Positions 32,670 through 42,418 of a DNA stretch of 64,000 nucleotides are shown here, in pieces (position 1 is the first letter of the stretch; each line of letters opens with the position of its first letter). The translations under genes and the position numbers were made by a program. Under the pieces are notes generated by a model, which did no database searches, was not told the DNA's origin, and was given only the letters and a program-made list of their open reading frames with translations. This DNA comes from an uncultured candidate division Zixibacteria bacterium (GTDB lineage: Bacteria > Zixibacteria > MSB-5A5 > UBA10806): NCBI GenBank assembly GCA_963801605.1, contig CAWDFP010000006.1, positions 1,088,001 to 1,152,000 of the forward strand, given 5' to 3'.

Positions 32670-33407
32670 GTGAACACCCCATTTCAGACAAAAACGGAAA
32701 TGGTGGAGATTGCCAAACGTCTCTACCAGCGGGATCATATCGGGGCTGCTGAGGGCAACCTCTCGACACGCCTTTCGGATGGCAGGATCATGATTACACC
32801 GTCGGGGGCCAATAAGGGCTATATGAAACCCGAGGACCTGATCATTTGCGATTCAGCCGGCAAGAAGCTCCAGGGAAGCGGAAAGCCATCCTCGGAGATC
32901 AAGCTTCATATCGCAATTTATAATTGGAGGTCGGACATAATTGCCATCTGTCATGCTCATCCGCTTTATGCAACCGCTTATTCGGCGGCCAGGATCGCTC
33001 TCGATCGCTGCATTTTGCCGGAGGTGGTCGCTACGCTTGGGGCGGTTCCGTTGGCGCATTATGGAGCGCCCGGTTCAAGCGATCTGCCGGAGACATTAGC
33101 TTCCCTTGTCGACCGTTATGATGCATTTTTACTTGAGGCACATGGGGTTTTGACATTAGGCAAAAGTCTTGAGGATGCTTTCAATAAAATCGAAATTGTC
33201 GAACGTTACGCCCATATCCTTTCGATTGCCGAACGACTTGGAGAGGTTAAAGAGCTATCGCCTGCTGAAATAGAGCGAATGCTAAAATCCGCGGGACGAT
33301 TGAATCTCAAAGATGAGCTTCTCGCTCACCGCACCGCCGAAAAGTTAGATAAGAAATCTGCTGATTCACCCGCCACGCCTGATAGGAGAGCCTCAGGCTA
33401 TCGTTGA
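32670..33407 (+). CDS. Class II aldolase/adducin family protein (FucA-like)
   Basis: EGNLS, ITPSG, PSSEI.LH, HAHP, HG metal-ligand motifs. Confidence 0.9.
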   Translation: MNTPFQTKTEMVEIAKRLYQRDHIGAAEGNLSTRLSDGRIMITPSGANKGYMKPEDLIICDSAGKKLQGSGKPSSEIKLHIAIYNWRSDIIAICHAHPLYATAYSAARIALDRCILPEVVATLGAVPLAHYGAPGSSDLPETLASLVDRYDAFLLEAHGVLTLGKSLEDAFNKIEIVERYAHILSIAERLGEVKELSPAEIERMLKSAGRLNLKDELLAHRTAEKLDKKSADSPATPDRRASGYR

Positions 33408-34580
33408 TGAAAGTTGTCATAAATAAAGCTGACCGGCTCTGGAAACTTCCGCAGCCTGTTTTGGGAGGGATGCACTTTACTCAAAAGAGACTGGCAGCCC
33501 GGCATGTCGAACTTATCGATCTGGAAAGCTTTGTCCCTGAGATTCCTCCTGCGCTTAGGCGGGCCGTTAACACTGGCGATTTATTAAATTCAGTATCCAA
33601 TTCCGACCTTGTCGCTCGGCTGGCTCAAAAGATCACTGCGAAACACTTTTCCCTGAAATCTATTTCGCTTGATCCTGAAAAGGAAATTGCCATCACCCCC
33701 GGTATCAGGGCATCCGCCATGATGCTTTCCCTGGGCATGCTCAATCCCGGCGATACGGCCGCTTATCCTGATCCTGGCATGCCATATATCAGAACCGCGA
33801 TTTGTTTGGCGGATGGTGCGCCTCGCAAATACTCTCTTCTTGAAAACAACGATTATATTATTAATATTTCATCTTTTCTCGGGGCCCCCTCGAAGAAAAT
33901 TAAGATTCTTTTTATAAACTATCCACACGATCCCACCGGCGCGACAGTAGATTTTTATTTTTACCGGGAGCTGTTGAAATCCTTTCGTTCAACAAACTGC
34001 CTTATCGTTGCCGATTGCGCCTATATTTATCCCGGAAATCCCGATCCCGCCGGGCCCCTTCAGATTAAAAATGCAACTGGTAAGGCGGTGGAGTTTCATT
34101 CCTTTGCCACTACGTTGGGGCTGCCAGGCTTAGGATTTGCTGTGGGCCATAAAGATGTGATAGCAATTTTGAAAGCCCTTTTTGCCGCACAGGGGTTCGC
34201 TCCCCAAAACCAATCGCTGAGTTGGGCGCTTTCCGCGCTTGACCATCAGGAAGAAGCTTTTCAGAGCCGTATGGAAACCTTAAAAAAGCGTCGCGAAATT
34301 CTAATTGAGGGTCTTAAGGAGCTTGGATGGAAAGTGCGAAGCTCCCGATTAACGCCATTTATCTGGACCGCCCCGAAGTGCATACTAGTTCGGCAGCATT
34401 TGCCAGACGTCTTTACGCCAAGGCCGGTGTCAAGGTAGCGCCGGGCACAGATTTCGGCGAAGCGGCGAGGGCTGGTTGCGCCTGTCGCTATGTTGTGATG
34501 AACAAACGCTTTCCGAGGCTCTTAAACGGCTTGCGGAGCATTCGAAAATCTGGCAGAGAAAATACAAACCTGAGGACTAA
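33404..34580 (+). CDS. Class I/II aminotransferase-fold protein (LL-DAP aminotransferase-like), degenerate active site; two frameshifts near 34370 and 34460
   Basis: LNPGD...PDP, INYPHDPTG, D.AY; alternate frames give VAPGTDFG and GEGWLRLSL...KPED-stop at 34580. Confidence 0.8.
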
Positions 34581-34583
34581 TTG

Positions 34584-35237
34584 ATGGCATCCGGCGGTTA
34601 TATTGCAATCGAGGGACCGATTGGGGTCGGTAAGACTACCCTGGCACAACAGCTAACGGACCATTTCAAGGGACGATTAATTCTGGAGCTAGCCGAAGAT
34701 AATCCCTTTTTGCCCGATTTCTATAAGAACCGCGAACGGTTCGCTTTTCATACCCAGCTCTTTTTTCTCATGAGCCGCTTTCGGCAACAAGAGGAGTTTT
34801 CCACTTACGATCTTTTCACGGAAACTATCGTTTCGGATTATCTTTTTGCCAAAGACAGGATTTTCGCATCGCTCAATCTGTCAAATCGGGAACTGGCGCT
34901 CTATGATCGGGTGGCCACAGTACTCGAACAAAATATCGTTTGGCCGGATCTGGTCATCTATCTAACAGCCTCGCTTGATATTTTATTGGGACGAATTAAA
35001 GAACGTAATCGTAATTTTGAAAAAGCGTTCGATAGCGATTATCTGGCACAGCTCTGTGAATCCTATAGCAATTTCTTTTTTTACTATAACCATACGCCGC
35101 TTTTAGTTGTGAAAACCGATAATTTTGATTTCCGACGCGATAACGATAAATTTGCCTACCTGGTTGAAAAAATAATGTCTAAACCGACCGGAACTGAGTA
35201 TATTTCTTTCGATAGCTTGATTATCGGTGGTAACTAA
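34584..35237 (+). CDS. Deoxynucleoside kinase (dAK/dGK family)
   Basis: IAIEGPIGVGKTT, NPFL..FY, QLFFL.SR, PDLVIYL, RIK.R.R.FE. Confidence 0.93.
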   Translation: MASGGYIAIEGPIGVGKTTLAQQLTDHFKGRLILELAEDNPFLPDFYKNRERFAFHTQLFFLMSRFRQQEEFSTYDLFTETIVSDYLFAKDRIFASLNLSNRELALYDRVATVLEQNIVWPDLVIYLTASLDILLGRIKERNRNFEKAFDSDYLAQLCESYSNFFFYYNHTPLLVVKTDNFDFRRDNDKFAYLVEKIMSKPTGTEYISFDSLIIGGN

Positions 35238-35281
35238 AGGTTGCCGGTTTGTACAGCCGGTTTTCTAAAAAGGAGCCGAAT

Positions 35282-35632
35282 ATGGCATACATCAGACTCA
35301 TGAATATGACATTCTATGGTTTTCATGGTGTCGCCGCCGCCGAGCAGGAAACCGGACGACGGTATGAAGTCGATTGCGAGTTGGAATGCGATGTTGCCAG
35401 GGCCGCCAAAAGCGATCATCTCGATGATACAGTAAATTATGTTTCGATTTATGAGATTGTAGAGGAGTTTCTGGTACGGCACCATTATAATCTTCTGGAA
35501 ACGCTCGCTGAACGCCTTAGAGCGGAAATTAAAAAGCAGGTAGGCGCGTCTAAAGTTACCGTCCGCGTTAGAAAACGGATTCCGCCGGTGCCGGGCAATA
35601 TCGATTTTATTGAAGTTGAGACCACGGGGTAA
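35282..35632 (+). CDS. folB: Dihydroneopterin aldolase
   Basis: FYGFHGV..EQ.TG, SDHLDDTVNY, NLLE.LA, VRVRK. Confidence 0.95.
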   Translation: MAYIRLMNMTFYGFHGVAAAEQETGRRYEVDCELECDVARAAKSDHLDDTVNYVSIYEIVEEFLVRHHYNLLETLAERLRAEIKKQVGASKVTVRVRKRIPPVPGNIDFIEVETTG

Positions 35633-35651
35633 GGTAGTAAGGAGTTTGTCA

Positions 35652-36179
35652 ATGGCCGATGTTTTTTTGGGAATGGGTTCCAATGTTGGAGATAAAATTG
35701 GAAATATAAGGGAAGCGCTTGGGCTACTAAATAAATCCGGAAAAATAAGCCTGGCTGCCATTTCATCGCTTTATGAAACCGAACCGGTGGGAGTTTCGGG
35801 GCAACCGGAATATGTTAATTGTGTGGTGCGCCTGGAGACGGAACTCGATCCCCATTCGCTTCTGAACTTGCTTAAAAGTGTAGAATCCACTCTCGGACGA
35901 AAGCCTCATTCACATCTTCGTCCGCGCCCGATAGATATCGATATCTTACTTTATGATGATATTGACCTCGAATCACTGGAACTTGTGATCCCTCATTCAC
36001 GTCTTAAAGTTAGGCGATTTGCCCTTGAACCGATTTTGGAAATCGATCCTGAGGCAGCAGATCCGATTACGGGCAAACCGCTACGCGAATTTTTGAACGA
36101 CGTCATGACGCAGAAGATAAAAATAGTAGCTTCTTCAAATGAGGTTTGGAATGGCCCAGGGCGGTCCGCAGAAGCCTGA
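35652..36179 (+). CDS. folK: 2-amino-4-hydroxy-6-hydroxymethyldihydropteridine diphosphokinase
   Basis: LGMGSNVGD, SSLYETEP, PRPIDIDIL, IPH.R...R.FAL.P. Confidence 0.95.
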   Translation: MADVFLGMGSNVGDKIGNIREALGLLNKSGKISLAAISSLYETEPVGVSGQPEYVNCVVRLETELDPHSLLNLLKSVESTLGRKPHSHLRPRPIDIDILLYDDIDLESLELVIPHSRLKVRRFALEPILEIDPEAADPITGKPLREFLNDVMTQKIKIVASSNEVWNGPGRSAEA

Positions 36180-36984
36180 AACCGGCAAGGTCACTACTCG
36201 TACCATTCGGCGAATGAAGCAGGACGGCCGTAAGATTGCTGTCCTGACTGCTTATGATTTTCCCACCGCCAGAATCATGGACCAAGCGGGGATCGACTGT
36301 ATTCTGGTGGGAGATTCCGCCGGTACGGTCGTAGCGGGATATAAAAATACTCTGCCGATCACAATGGACGAAATGATTTTCCTCTGCAGGTCCGTGATGC
36401 GGGGAGTCGAGCGGGCACTGGTTGTCGGAGATATGCCCTTTATGAGTTTCCAGCCATCCGAGGAGGAAGCCATTAAGAACGCCGGCCGTTTTCTCAAAGA
36501 GGGTGGAGTTCAGGCAGTTAAACTTGAGGGCGGCTCGGAGATCGCGCCTCTCGTAACCAAGCTGGTTAATTACGGCATACCTGTCATGGGACATATCGGT
36601 TTGACACCGCAATCGCTCAATAAGTTTGGCGGTTATTTGGTGATGGGAAAAACCGAACGTCAACAAAATTATTTTATGCGTTCGGCCCAGGATCTTCAGG
36701 AGGCCGGATGCTTTGCCATTGTGCTTGAGTCGATGATTCCCGATCTGGCCAGGGAAATCACTGAATCGCTGAAAATCCCCACCATCGGTATCGGCGCCGG
36801 GATCGAATGCGATGGACAGGTCCTGGTTATTTCCGATATGATCGGGCTTTTCGAGGAGTTCCGTCCGAAATTTGTACGCACTTATGCTAATATGGCCGAT
36901 GTCATCCGCAAGGCCGTATCATCATACATCGACGATGTTAAGCAAGGCCGGTTTCCTGATGAAAGCGAAAGCTACGGCTCGTAA
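36151..36984 (+). CDS. panB: 3-methyl-2-oxobutanoate hydroxymethyltransferase
   Basis: LTAYD, LVGDS, DMPFMS, VKLEGG, GHIGLTPQS, PTIGIGAG. Confidence 0.97.
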   Translation: MAQGGPQKPETGKVTTRTIRRMKQDGRKIAVLTAYDFPTARIMDQAGIDCILVGDSAGTVVAGYKNTLPITMDEMIFLCRSVMRGVERALVVGDMPFMSFQPSEEEAIKNAGRFLKEGGVQAVKLEGGSEIAPLVTKLVNYGIPVMGHIGLTPQSLNKFGGYLVMGKTERQQNYFMRSAQDLQEAGCFAIVLESMIPDLAREITESLKIPTIGIGAGIECDGQVLVISDMIGLFEEFRPKFVRTYANMADVIRKAVSSYIDDVKQGRFPDESESYGS

Positions 36985-36992
36985 TTAGCTCC

Positions 36993-37850
36993 ATGCCCGT
37001 CCTCGTAATCAAATCACCCCATAAAATGCAGGTTATGGCGGATTCGCTTCGCCTCGATGGTAAAATTATCGGCCTTGTTCCTACTATGGGCGCTCTTCAT
37101 GAGGGGCATCTAAAATTGGTCAAAATTGCAGTGAAACGCGCCGATATTGTCATCGTCTCGATTTTTGTCAACCCCGCTCAATTTGGACCGGGCGAGGATT
37201 TTGGCAAATACCCTCGCAACTTCAAATCCGATTGCGATAAGCTTGAACGTGCCGGCGCCAAAATCATATTTCACCCCTCAGCGGATGATATTTATCCGAA
37301 AGGATTCGATACTTATCTCGATATGGGCAAAATAGGAGAAATCCTTGAGGGAAAACGTCGCCCCGGACATTTCAGAGGAGTGGCTACCGTTTGCGCCAAG
37401 CTTTTTAATATCACTAAGCCACATTTTGCTGTCTTCGGCCAAAAGGACGGTCAACAGCTGGCTATCATCAGGAAGATGGTGCGCGATCTTAATTTCGATC
37501 TTGAAATCATCAAGGGGCCAATCGTGCGTACCAAAGGCGGCGTAGCGATGTCGTCCCGCCATGCCTATCTATCGGAATTGGACCTCGAAAAAGCAAAGGT
37601 GATAAAACGCTCTCTTGATTTGGCTAAAGATCTCATCAATAGAGGCGTGCGCACCGCAGATCAAATAGATTCTCGCATGCGAAAACTGATCGAATCAATC
37701 CCCGGCGTTAAAATTGATTATATCGCTTTCAGTCGCTGGGACGATCTAACACCGCTCACACGGCTTTCGGGTGATGTTATGATTTCGTTGGTGGTCGTTA
37801 TTAATGGCGTGCGCCTGCTTGATAACATAATCCTGAAAATACCACGCTGA
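36993..37850 (+). CDS. panC: Pantoate-beta-alanine ligase
   Basis: VPTMGALHEGH, SIFVNPAQF, RPGHFRGVATV, FGQKD, AMSSR, RLLDN. Confidence 0.97.
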   Translation: MPVLVIKSPHKMQVMADSLRLDGKIIGLVPTMGALHEGHLKLVKIAVKRADIVIVSIFVNPAQFGPGEDFGKYPRNFKSDCDKLERAGAKIIFHPSADDIYPKGFDTYLDMGKIGEILEGKRRPGHFRGVATVCAKLFNITKPHFAVFGQKDGQQLAIIRKMVRDLNFDLEIIKGPIVRTKGGVAMSSRHAYLSELDLEKAKVIKRSLDLAKDLINRGVRTADQIDSRMRKLIESIPGVKIDYIAFSRWDDLTPLTRLSGDVMISLVVVINGVRLLDNIILKIPR

Positions 37851-37950
37851 TAATAATCGTTGTGACGTCAGAAGGACTGGTCTGACCTGACGCAAATATG
37901 AATGTATTAATTATATTTGGGGATCGAAAAACGGAACTCTATTCGAGACT

Positions 37951-38313
37951 TTATCCTTTTATCCCGATTATAACAACGCCCGCTAAAACCAGAAAAATGC
38001 CCAACCACTTGATTGTACTAAAAGGTTCCTTTAGCCACAGGAACGATACCAGTACAACCAGCGCATAACCGCTGCTCATCAGAATTGGATACGCCACCGA
38101 AAGCTGAGTCCGTGACAGGACTACAATATATCCTGCCACCGAGGAGACATATCCGGCCAATCCCAAAAGTACATATAGGTTGGATATCGCACTTAGCGCA
38201 AATTCCAATATTGGTCTGCTGCCCAACTGGCCCACTTGATTCATACCAACTTTAAGAAACACATGCCCGCAAACATTCAGGGCAATGACAAAGAGCATTA
38301 GTATAATCAGCAT
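37951..38313 (-). CDS. Small 4-TM SMR/EamA-like protein (ArnE/ArnF-like flippase subunit)
   Basis: Four TM helices; FLKVGM, LS.AYP, KE......WLG motif. Confidence 0.8.
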   Translation of the reverse strand: MLIILMLFVIALNVCGHVFLKVGMNQVGQLGSRPILEFALSAISNLYVLLGLAGYVSSVAGYIVVLSRTQLSVAYPILMSSGYALVVLVSFLWLKEPFSTIKWLGIFLVLAGVVIIGIKG

Positions 38314-38362
38314 TATCTATCCTCGCAGCTTTTTGAAATATCCTATTTGATATGTCGGGCTA

Positions 38363-39448
38363 TCAATAGCTCTGAAAAAGTTGACCCCAATCGGTGGTTT
38401 TAAGCCAGTGATCGAATATCGGTTTGCCCTTGAACCTGTACCAAAGCGTATCATGATACAAAGCCGAACCGAATACGAAAAAATATACCAGCGGCGTATG
38501 AAATAGTAGCCGCTGCATGAATTTTAACGGCGAAAACCAGAAAATGGCGCCGGCGGAAATTAGATTATGCCCGACAGGAAAGTTGAAATTAAGATTCGAA
38601 ATATCAATTCCTTTAACATCAATTTCCTCAATTCTACCAACACCGAGCCCTTGTTCGTGCGCCATTCTAATATAGCCGATTGACATTGGGTCAAATCCCA
38701 TAATTTTGGCTGCTACAGCGTCTATTGCGACCTGGTCGGACGAGGCTAATATCAGATTCTTAACATGCGGCGTCATAGTTCGAGGTCCAGGTCCGGAACC
38801 CGCAGTAGTGCCATCCATAAAGGCAAAGATTCCAGGATGAATCTCTTTCTGGATCGCCAACAAGTCTACCAGAGTCTTATGTATCTCCGAATGCGTATAA
38901 TGTCTTTTTGTAGAAAGTAAACCGCCGAAGGCATTTTTCATGGCGCCAGTGGTGGTGGTGTAGATATGCGTTTTCAAAGTTGGCAAATGAACAATATTTT
39001 TTCCAATAAAATATTCCGGAATGTGAATCCCTTTGTTAAAAATCTTATCGAGGACGAGCATCTTGGCTTTGGGATGATATTCAATCCATTTTAAATCTTT
39101 TGGGTCGTTATTATAGTGTTCCTCGATCTTATTCTTTTCGTAAATTTTTTTCAATTTGAGTAGCTTGCCGCCCACATAGGGATTTGTTACCACTGTATTA
39201 TTATGGACTGCCACCAAATCGCAAAGTCCGTTTGTCTGCAAAGCCCGTATAGCGCCATCGAGCTGCCAGGGAACCGTGTTGGCCCCGGGAAATGGCAGAT
39301 GCCAGGTAATATTATCTTTTAAGATAGTGGGCTTGGATTTATCAAGCGCATCGCTTATTCCGGCCAAACCGCCAAGTTTGGCATAATCATCGATTACGCT
39401 CTTTGGCCTGGTTTCTAAAATGGCCACAATTGGTTTATTTGAATTCAT
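38363..39448 (-). CDS. DUF362 domain protein
   Basis: LK.NI.WH, HLPTLKTH..TTTTGAMKN.FG, G.GP, D.VAIDAV..KIMGFDP. Confidence 0.88.
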   Translation of the reverse strand: MNSNKPIVAILETRPKSVIDDYAKLGGLAGISDALDKSKPTILKDNITWHLPFPGANTVPWQLDGAIRALQTNGLCDLVAVHNNTVVTNPYVGGKLLKLKKIYEKNKIEEHYNNDPKDLKWIEYHPKAKMLVLDKIFNKGIHIPEYFIGKNIVHLPTLKTHIYTTTTGAMKNAFGGLLSTKRHYTHSEIHKTLVDLLAIQKEIHPGIFAFMDGTTAGSGPGPRTMTPHVKNLILASSDQVAIDAVAAKIMGFDPMSIGYIRMAHEQGLGVGRIEEIDVKGIDISNLNFNFPVGHNLISAGAIFWFSPLKFMQRLLFHTPLVYFFVFGSALYHDTLWYRFKGKPIFDHWLKTTDWGQLFQSY

Positions 39449-39460
39449 GTCTGCTCCAAA

Positions 39461-40333
39461 TTACGCAAAATGAAACACCGATAAGACCGCCGCCAACCAT
39501 AATAGTACGCAAATCATGAGTGGGGGGTCGGTTAATAATAGTCTCGTGGGGCTGCCCCCTTCATCGCGCTTAAAAATTAAATATTGATATCTGAAAATCC
39601 CGTAGAGTACAAACGGTATTGTTGATGACATCCACTTGGTTTGAAAATGCTCGACCACCTCCGGTGATAGAGTATAAAACGCGTATGCAACCACCGTTGA
39701 GGCGGTAACGACTGATATCATCTGGTCCAGGAAGGGAACCGAGTAATTTTCAAGAGACCTGCGATGACTACCGGCGTCGTTGGTGAGCAACGATAGTTCG
39801 TGACGGCGTTTTCCGAATCCCAGAAAAAGCGCCAGAAGAGTGGTACAGACCAAAAGCCAGGGGGAGATCGGAACAGAAATCGCTAATCCTCCTGCTACAG
39901 CTCTTAAAACAAAGCCGGAGGCTATTGTCATGACATCTATTATGACGATATGCTTCAGGACCAGAGTATATGTAATATTTATAATTACATATGAAATTAG
40001 AGCAATGAATGTCTCAAAATTAACTAATAACGATATAATCACTCCACCCAGCAGCAGGATCAAGGCTACTGCAATGGCAACCAATATCGGGACCTTTCCC
40101 GAGGCTATGGGACGTTTGGATTTTATGGGATGTTTTTTATCGTTTTCGCGGTCCAGTACATCGTTAAACAGATAAACCGCTGATGTACCCAGACAAAAAG
40201 CCACAAAGGTAATTACCGCCAGGCCGATCTTTTCGGGGACCTCATATTCTTTAGCGAATATCAAGGCCGCAAATATTATCAGATTTTTAACCCAGTGTCC
40301 CGGCCGGGCGCTTATTACAAGTCCCATAAACAT
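39461..40333 (-). CDS. UbiA-family decaprenyl-phosphate phosphoribosyltransferase-like protein
   Basis: RP..WVKN, Y..ND..DRE.D..HP.K..RPIASG, LKH..IIDV, GFVLR, KRR.EL. Start set at ATG 40333. Confidence 0.9.
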   Translation of the reverse strand: MFMGLVISARPGHWVKNLIIFAALIFAKEYEVPEKIGLAVITFVAFCLGTSAVYLFNDVLDRENDKKHPIKSKRPIASGKVPILVAIAVALILLLGGVIISLLVNFETFIALISYVIINITYTLVLKHIVIIDVMTIASGFVLRAVAGGLAISVPISPWLLVCTTLLALFLGFGKRRHELSLLTNDAGSHRRSLENYSVPFLDQMISVVTASTVVAYAFYTLSPEVVEHFQTKWMSSTIPFVLYGIFRYQYLIFKRDEGGSPTRLLLTDPPLMICVLLWLAAVLSVFHFA

Positions 40334-40510
40334 TAAGAACTTAATATTACATTTAGGATACATTCGGTCAAGTTAAAAGAAAATCCCTAAACATGGAGGC
40401 CGTTTTCGGGGTTGAATTATCCTGCATGTGCATTAATGGACCAAAGGCTTAATGATTAATTGAAGATCTTTTTAACAAATAATCTTGTAAATAGATCTGA
40501 TTCAAAAGGT

Positions 40511-40540
40511 AAAAAAATAGGCCCGACCTATGCCGGGCCT
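40511..40540 (-). terminator. Rho-independent terminator of GNAT gene
   Basis: AGGCCCGGC-ATAG-GTCGGGCCT + T7 on minus strand. Confidence 0.8.
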
Positions 40541-40562
40541 TAAATAATTACTATAATTCTAC

Positions 40563-41288
40563 TTAGTTGATTTTCTTGGTCATAACAGCTTCCATAAAAG
40601 CCGGCGCGCCTTTAGGATGTTGTCTTTGATAAACCTCGCGTAATTGATAGCCGCCTCGCTCCCAGTAATTAACCAATCCATGTTCTATCACGGTTCTAAG
40701 GAGGACATAAACATGCTTGGCTTCACCGCGAGCGAACTTCTCGAACTCATGCAATACCGAACTGGCCACTCCAAGATGACGATATGCGGGCAAAACGCTT
40801 AGATTGGAAATTTCGTAGTACGGCTTATCCTCGGTAACATGCTTGAATTCCGCGGCGCTGTCCAATTGGACGATACCAATGACTTTGCCGAGTTGCAGCG
40901 CCAGAAAGAAGCGGCTTCCTTTTTCCATCATCAGGCCGATATCATCGGCATTAATAAGCGGCAATGGAAAGGGCGAGATGCCGCGAAGGGGAGTGTTGTT
41001 GCGGTTGGACTCACGCATGATGTAGGCTATGCCGGCGATGTCCGCAATGGTTGCAGCTTCCAGCGTAGTTGTTGGCATCAGGTAACGCCGTAAATTGGCG
41101 CCGCGCAGATCACGAGGGTTTTTGTCGCAATCGAGTTTGGGGACTTCATCGAGATAGGGAAGGCCATCGAGATGAATGGTCCAGTCTTCGCCTTTCATTA
41201 TGGCGTCAGCCACTTTCTGCAGCCGATATTCCTGTCCCTCCCAGCGTTTCTGCAGAGCGTCAATTTTCTTCTTATCCAGTAGCATCAA
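40563..41288 (-). CDS. GNAT family N-acetyltransferase with N-terminal extension
   Basis: LSVLPAYRHLGVAS acetyl-CoA motif, YWERGGY; AAGGAGG SD. Confidence 0.85.
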   Translation of the reverse strand: MMLLDKKKIDALQKRWEGQEYRLQKVADAIMKGEDWTIHLDGLPYLDEVPKLDCDKNPRDLRGANLRRYLMPTTTLEAATIADIAGIAYIMRESNRNNTPLRGISPFPLPLINADDIGLMMEKGSRFFLALQLGKVIGIVQLDSAAEFKHVTEDKPYYEISNLSVLPAYRHLGVASSVLHEFEKFARGEAKHVYVLLRTVIEHGLVNYWERGGYQLREVYQRQHPKGAPAFMEAVMTKKIN

Positions 41289-41381
41289 ATTTCCTCCTTT
41301 TCACACGATGACAAGAATCGTCAAAATATACCCTACTATTGGGAATGGAGCAATAGATTTATTTAATAATGAGAATGGGAA

Positions 41382-41849
41382 TTATATATCCTCAAGAGGC
41401 TTGCAAAATCGCTTTTCGATCTCTTTAACCTTCTGTAGGCGCCTCTTATGACGGTCCAGATTGGAGAATTCGGCGCTAAGAAATGCCCGGCAGAGTTCGA
41501 TCGCCAGGTTTTTGCCAATAACACGCGATCCGAGGCAAAGTATATTCATATCGTCGTGCTCTACCCCTTGATGGGCCGAATAAGTATCGTGACAAAGAGC
41601 AGATCTTACTCCCGCAATTTTATTAACCACTATGCATCCTCCTACGCCAGAGCCGCAGATAAAAACACCCCTTTCGGCATCGTGATTGGCGACCAGAAGG
41701 GCAACCCGAAGTGCATAATCGGGGTAATCCACCGGATCTTCAGTATCCGTGCCGAGATCGATCAATTCATGACCATCAGACTCCAGTACAGGTAAAAGCT
41801 GTTGCTTGAGCCATAAACCGGCATGGTCGGATGATATTGCGACTTTCAT
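41382..41849 (-). CDS. rpiB: Ribose-5-phosphate isomerase B
   Basis: SDHAG, DYPD, ICGSGVG, NK..GVR, HDDMNILCLG.R, RH.RR. Confidence 0.95.
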   Translation of the reverse strand: MKVAISSDHAGLWLKQQLLPVLESDGHELIDLGTDTEDPVDYPDYALRVALLVANHDAERGVFICGSGVGGCIVVNKIAGVRSALCHDTYSAHQGVEHDDMNILCLGSRVIGKNLAIELCRAFLSAEFSNLDRHKRRLQKVKEIEKRFCKPLEDI

Positions 41850-42047
41850 GATAAACGCTCCTGCATATTTATATTTCTTGACCTATTTATTGGCTTTTAC
41901 GCTGGCTATTGCCAGTTAAATCGGAACCATTAAAAAAAGCATTTAGCCTCATTAGAGCTTTAGCGGCCATTAACTGCAAACAATTATGGAATATACATTT
42001 CTTAGGGTTTATATCAATATCAATATTTATTAAGAATGATGGCAATT

Positions 42048-42077
42048 AAAAAAACGCCGACATCCCTGCCGGCGTTT
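42048..42077 (-). terminator. Rho-independent terminator of basic microprotein gene
   Basis: AAACGCCGGC-AGGGAT-GTCGGCGTTTTTTT on minus strand. Confidence 0.8.
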
Positions 42078-42103
42078 ATACTCGGATACCAGTCGCAATA
42101 CGC

Positions 42104-42187
42104 TTAGCGCGCGCGCTTGGTGGTCTTGCGGGTGGTAGCCTTCTTGTAATTTCTGGTCTTACGAGGCTTTACGGTCTTACGAGTCAT
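42104..42187 (-). CDS. 27-aa Lys/Arg/Thr-rich microprotein MTRKTVKPRKTRNYKKATTRKTTKRAR
   Basis: Below the ORF-track cutoff; AAAGGAGG SD just upstream of the ATG; own terminator; repeated CGTAAGACC codon block. Confidence 0.75.
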   Translation of the reverse strand: MTRKTVKPRKTRNYKKATTRKTTKRAR

Positions 42188-42418
42188 GTTTCCTCCTTTT
42201 AATGGAACATTAATCCTATCGGAATTATAAGATAAAGACTGATAGGCAAGTGCCAAACTATATGGAATATTGTTCAATTTCGAAACATCAAATTTTACGG
42301 GGCGATTACCACATGGAAACCAATATCGATCTATTGAATTAGCGGAAAAATGCTATTATGAATTATCCGGGAGCATCGCGCTTGACAATTCATTCAAAAT
42401 CAATTTTTATAGTGCATA

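Noticed and set aside
42241..42256. sigma54 promoter (TGGCAC, minus strand) upstream of the microprotein
   Set aside because: The -12 position reads TC rather than GC.
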